Below are positions 21,246 through 24,000 of a DNA stretch of 24,000 bases, one piece after another. Positions within the stretch are counted from its first letter, which is position 1; every line of letters begins with the position of its first letter. A program made the translations under genes and the position numbers. The stretch covers positions 219-24,218 of the forward strand of contig JANVYQ010000013.1 of NCBI GenBank assembly GCA_030059675.1, given 5' to 3'. The stretch is from Candidatus Pelearchaeum maunauluense. Its GTDB lineage: Archaea > Thermoproteota > Nitrososphaeria_A > Caldarchaeales > Caldarchaeaceae. Under the pieces are notes generated by a model. It searched no databases. It was not told the origin of the DNA and saw only the letters and a list, made by a program, of their open reading frames with translations.

Positions 21246-22169
21246 TTATCCTTGTCTCAGCGTTTCGTAGAGCATCTGCTTAAAGAGGATGGAATTCGCC
21301 TCGCGGCAGATTATCGTATTCGGCTCACGGTGCTTCATGACTACTGACGTGCCTCGCATTATGGTGTCTGCCCTGTCTATAACCATGAGCATCTCCTCCT
21401 TGCGTGTTATTATCTCTGGGTTTAGGGCTGCCGCCACTGTTAGCGGGTCTGGGAGGTAGATTCCTGGGAAGCCCTGTGTCTTTGTGAAGCTGAGGAGCTG
21501 CCGCGTTATCTTCGTGAAGAACTCCGCGGCCTCAGTCTTCCACCCTCCCACAGCGCTAACCTCCTCCTCATAAAGGCCACCATGCCGAACAACCACATCC
21601 CAGCCCACTACCAAGGGCTTAAAGCCAGACTGCAACACGATATGCGCGGCCTCAGGGTCAACCCAGAAGTTATACTCAGCGGTGGGCGTTACGTTCCCCA
21701 AGCATGTGGGAGAGCCTCCCATTACGTAGAGCTGCCGTATCTTCTTGGGCAGCTCCTCGTCTAGGCGTAGGGCCAGCGCTATGTTGGTGAGCGGCCCTAG
21801 GGCTATTAGCGTATACTCTCCTGGGCTTGAGTTGGCCAGCTCCACTATCGCCTGTGCCGCGTGCTTGTTTTCTGGCTGTATTGTGGGCTGGGGTAGCTGG
21901 CTATTACCCATGCCGTCGAGTCCATGAACCTCGTGGGCGTAGCGCCACGTCTTCACCAGTGGGCGGCGGCACCCAGGATAGACTGGCACCCTACCCCTGG
22001 AGAAGCGCTCAACAACATACAAAGCATTTCTAACCTCATGCTCAAACTCCACATTACCAGCAACCACTGTCACCGCATCAACCCTAGCCTCGCGGCTCCT
22101 CAAAGCCATCAACAGAGCCACCGCATCATCACTCGCAGTATCAGTATCTATTATGAGCTTAAGCAACAC
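21246..22169 (-). CDS. Inosine/uridine-preferring nucleoside hydrolase family protein
   Basis: 307 aa. N-terminal aspartate cluster IIDTDTASDDAVALLMAL (the DxDxxxDD signature), and family-typical length. Confidence 0.85.
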   Translation of the reverse strand: MLLKLIIDTDTASDDAVALLMALRSREARVDAVTVVAGNVEFEHEVRNALYVVERFSRGRVPVYPGCRRPLVKTWRYAHEVHGLDGMGNSQLPQPTIQPENKHAAQAIVELANSSPGEYTLIALGPLTNIALALRLDEELPKKIRQLYVMGGSPTCLGNVTPTAEYNFWVDPEAAHIVLQSGFKPLVVGWDVVVRHGGLYEEEVSAVGGWKTEAAEFFTKITRQLLSFTKTQGFPGIYLPDPLTVAAALNPEIITRKEEMLMVIDRADTIMRGTSVVMKHREPNTIICREANSILFKQMLYETLRQG

Positions 22170-22290
22170 CGCACCACCATCACACTCTCCTAACTATAGT
22201 AATGAATATTTTGTCTAGGGGGAGAGTAGCCATGCTAGATAGCTGCTTATATACAGCCTCCTATTAAAAACTGTTGGAGAGGATTCTATC

Positions 22291-22512
22291 TTGTCGGAGG
22301 AGCTTCCTGAGATGCTTAAGATTATGCTTGAGCTGCGTAAGGAGATGAAAAGGCCAGAGAAGAGGATAGGCTACATGCGTTTGAAGAGGTTTGTGGGCGA
22401 GATGCATGGCTACGAGGATAAAACGAAGAACGCTCAACTTGAGAACGCGGCTGTTGTAAATACGGGATTTGAGTCATCTGCAAGGGAATCCGTAATGCCA
22501 GAAGTCTGGTAA
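22291..22512 (+). CDS. Hypothetical small protein
   Basis: 73 aa ORF with a TTG start (or ATG at codon 8). The N-terminal half is charged and helical. I recognise no family. AT-rich TATA-like sequences (GCTTATATAC, CTATTAAAAAC) lie 20-50 nt upstream. Confidence 0.35.
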   Translation: MSEELPEMLKIMLELRKEMKRPEKRIGYMRLKRFVGEMHGYEDKTKNAQLENAAVVNTGFESSARESVMPEVW

Positions 22513-22605
22513 GATTCTTAGAAAAGGCGAATATTTTCCAGTTAAGCCTCTTAAGACAATCATAAAAGGGAGCTATGCTCTTTCTGGCTGGTAGATGAGA
22601 GAGGG

Positions 22606-23037
22606 ATGAGTAGCGCCATAGTCAGTAAGCGTTTCTCGGATGAGTTCTCGGCGCTCCTTGACAGAACCGTCAAGGTGGCGACTAGTCACGGAACTTACGA
22701 GGGCCGCTTGTTGGCTTACAACCCAAGCGATTATAGTGTGTGGCTCTCCGACGCCAGGGACGAGAGGGGCGGGAGCCTTCCAAAGGTCTTCATCAACGGC
22801 CAGAGCATATCAAGGATAGAGCTTCTTGAGGCGGGGCCAGACATGATGAAGCTCGTTGAGCGTCTCAACAGGCTCTTCCCAAACCTAGTTACATACCTTA
22901 GGGAGAGCGATACCATCCTCGTGATGGATAGGATTCGCGTCACGCGGAGCGGCGTGGTTGGCGAGGGGCCTGCGGCTGAGAAGGTTAAGCGGGTTTATGA
23001 GGAGTTTATGAAGGAGGAGGAGGCGAAGAAGGGCTGA
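22606..23037 (+). CDS. Sm-like (LSm) protein with a C-terminal extra domain (SmAP3-like architecture)
   Basis: 143 aa. Sm1-like LLDRTVKVATSHGTYEGRLLAYNPSDYSVWLSDARD and Sm2-like KVFINGQSISRIELLE, followed by about 65 further residues. Two-domain Sm proteins of this size are described in Crenarchaeota. Confidence 0.55.
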   Translation: MSSAIVSKRFSDEFSALLDRTVKVATSHGTYEGRLLAYNPSDYSVWLSDARDERGGSLPKVFINGQSISRIELLEAGPDMMKLVERLNRLFPNLVTYLRESDTILVMDRIRVTRSGVVGEGPAAEKVKRVYEEFMKEEEAKKG

Positions 23038-23144
23038 AGACAGGCTTCCGACAGCCGTCATACGCGCATACAGTAGCAGCAGGGCTATTCTAGTCCCTTT
23101 ATGAATAAATTCTGCTTTCACAGCTTGAAGAGGGCGAGGACTGT

Positions 23145-23780
23145 ATGTCTGAGGCTTTCCGAAAGGCTCTGAACCACATACAGGAGCAGAAGAAGAAAGG
23201 AGTTGAGGATGTGGTTATTCAGGAGAAGCTTCCAGAGTTTAGGGATGGCGCATTCGTGGTTAACCGCTACATACCATCAAACCCGCCCCTGCTGGGGATG
23301 GCCGCGAAAGACCTCAAGCTGGACATTAACAGGGAGAGTCTACGCCTCGTGGAGAAGTTCGCGAAGAGGAGGGGGCTTACGATGAAGGTCTCTGGCGATG
23401 ATATATTCCTGGTGAATAAGGAGGGCGCGCAGGTTGCGTGGCTTAAGCGCGACACCTATGCGGCGGCCGATCCAGAGTTGTTCCAGGATATTGGGAAGGT
23501 GCTTTACAGGGTTTCGCCTGACCTGCTTAGCGAGCTGGAGCTTATGGATGGATGGCAGGCCGCGGTTGCGCGCCTGCTGGCCGACCGCCGCCTCCTAGAC
23601 AAGCTCTTCGTCGCAATCTTCTTCCTAATCTCACCTTTCCTCTGGACTACTCTTGCTCTCTTCCTAACCCCATCGCTGGCGTTTCCGCGCGAGTTCCTGA
23701 TAGGCGCTGGCGTTGTAGGGCTTGCGCTAACCGCGTACCTCGTGAGGCTATACCTGCGCGAAAACTTCCCAAAAGGATAG
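23145..23780 (+). CDS. Hypothetical membrane protein (soluble N-terminal domain plus two C-terminal TM helices)
   Basis: 211 aa. Hydrophobic segments LFVAIFFLISPFLWTTLALFL and FLIGAGVVGLALTAYLV near the C-terminus. I recognise no family. Confidence 0.45.
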   Translation: MSEAFRKALNHIQEQKKKGVEDVVIQEKLPEFRDGAFVVNRYIPSNPPLLGMAAKDLKLDINRESLRLVEKFAKRRGLTMKVSGDDIFLVNKEGAQVAWLKRDTYAAADPELFQDIGKVLYRVSPDLLSELELMDGWQAAVARLLADRRLLDKLFVAIFFLISPFLWTTLALFLTPSLAFPREFLIGAGVVGLALTAYLVRLYLRENFPKG

Positions 23781-23781
23781 T

Positions 23782-24000
23782 CTAGGGAGCGTATCCCAGC
23801 GCGGCCTTCTGGTCAAAGAGGGCTGCGCATGAGTTGCAGCATAGGTAGTATTCCCGCTCCTCTATCGTCCTCTTTATCGGGCGTCCCTCAATCTCCTTGC
23901 CGCATACTACGCAGAAGACTCTTATCCCCGCGCCTGGCTTCAGCCTAGGCCCAGGCTCGTCTTTGAGCACGCCTACGACGATGTTCGTCCTTATTCCCTG
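23782..24000 (-). CDS. TRASH-domain metal-binding protein, probably the C-terminus of an Lrp/AsnC-TRASH regulator (partial; continues beyond the right edge)
   Basis: The Cys pattern CVVCGKEI-x-YYLCCNSCAALF fits TRASH (C-x2-C-x19-22-C-x3-C). The ORF track starts it at GTG 23970, but the frame stays open to the window edge (QGIRTNIVVGVLKDEP...), which resembles the end of an Lrp/AsnC ligand-binding domain. Confidence 0.6.
   Translation of the reverse strand, partial: QGIRTNIVVGVLKDEPGPRLKPGAGIRVFCVVCGKEIEGRPIKRTIEEREYYLCCNSCAALFDQKAALGYAP

Noticed and set aside
1-24000. CRISPR arrays, transposases or integrases, toxin-antitoxin pairs and known defence-system genes.
   Set aside because: None were found on either strand. 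There are no regularly spaced direct repeats and no ORFs with the corresponding motifs.

Overview
The window looks like a dense archaeal chromosomal segment, probably from a hyperthermophilic crenarchaeote. That assignment is inferred from two tRNAs with non-canonical introns, TATA boxes about 25-30 nt upstream of apparently leaderless starts, frequent GTG/TTG starts, a two-domain Sm protein and typical archaeal information-processing genes. Most of it is housekeeping. On the minus strand: rad50 (partial)-mre11, a class V aminotransferase, an operon of L21e, Rpo4/RpoF, DUF655, L10e and RNase HI, then Pus10 and SRP54, aconitase, a CBS protein, tRNA-Leu, a wHTH regulator, UMP kinase, TrpRS and a nucleoside hydrolase. 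On the plus strand: a tandem SagB-type nitroreductase, a surface-anchored beta-sandwich repeat protein, an SDR epimerase, tRNA-Ala, aRF1, a PriS-like primase, a two-domain Sm-like protein and a membrane protein. A TRASH-domain regulator runs off the right edge. I see no CRISPR array, integrase, transposase or recognisable defence operon. The one clearly accessory stretch is about 1.1 kb between tRNA-Ala and acnA (11779-12855). It holds a degenerate copy of a tRNA 3' half, a GC-rich hairpin-rich non-coding segment, an AT-rich half of an I-DmoI-like LAGLIDADG homing endonuclease, and a 46-codon gene missing from the ORF track. That gene encodes an L37e-like ribosomal protein lacking about 12 residues of its zinc ribbon. 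The second notable locus is an ACT-domain gene (20833-21219) that stays in frame but carries two internal stop codons. All family assignments come from reading motifs by eye and from memory of family consensus; no searches were run.
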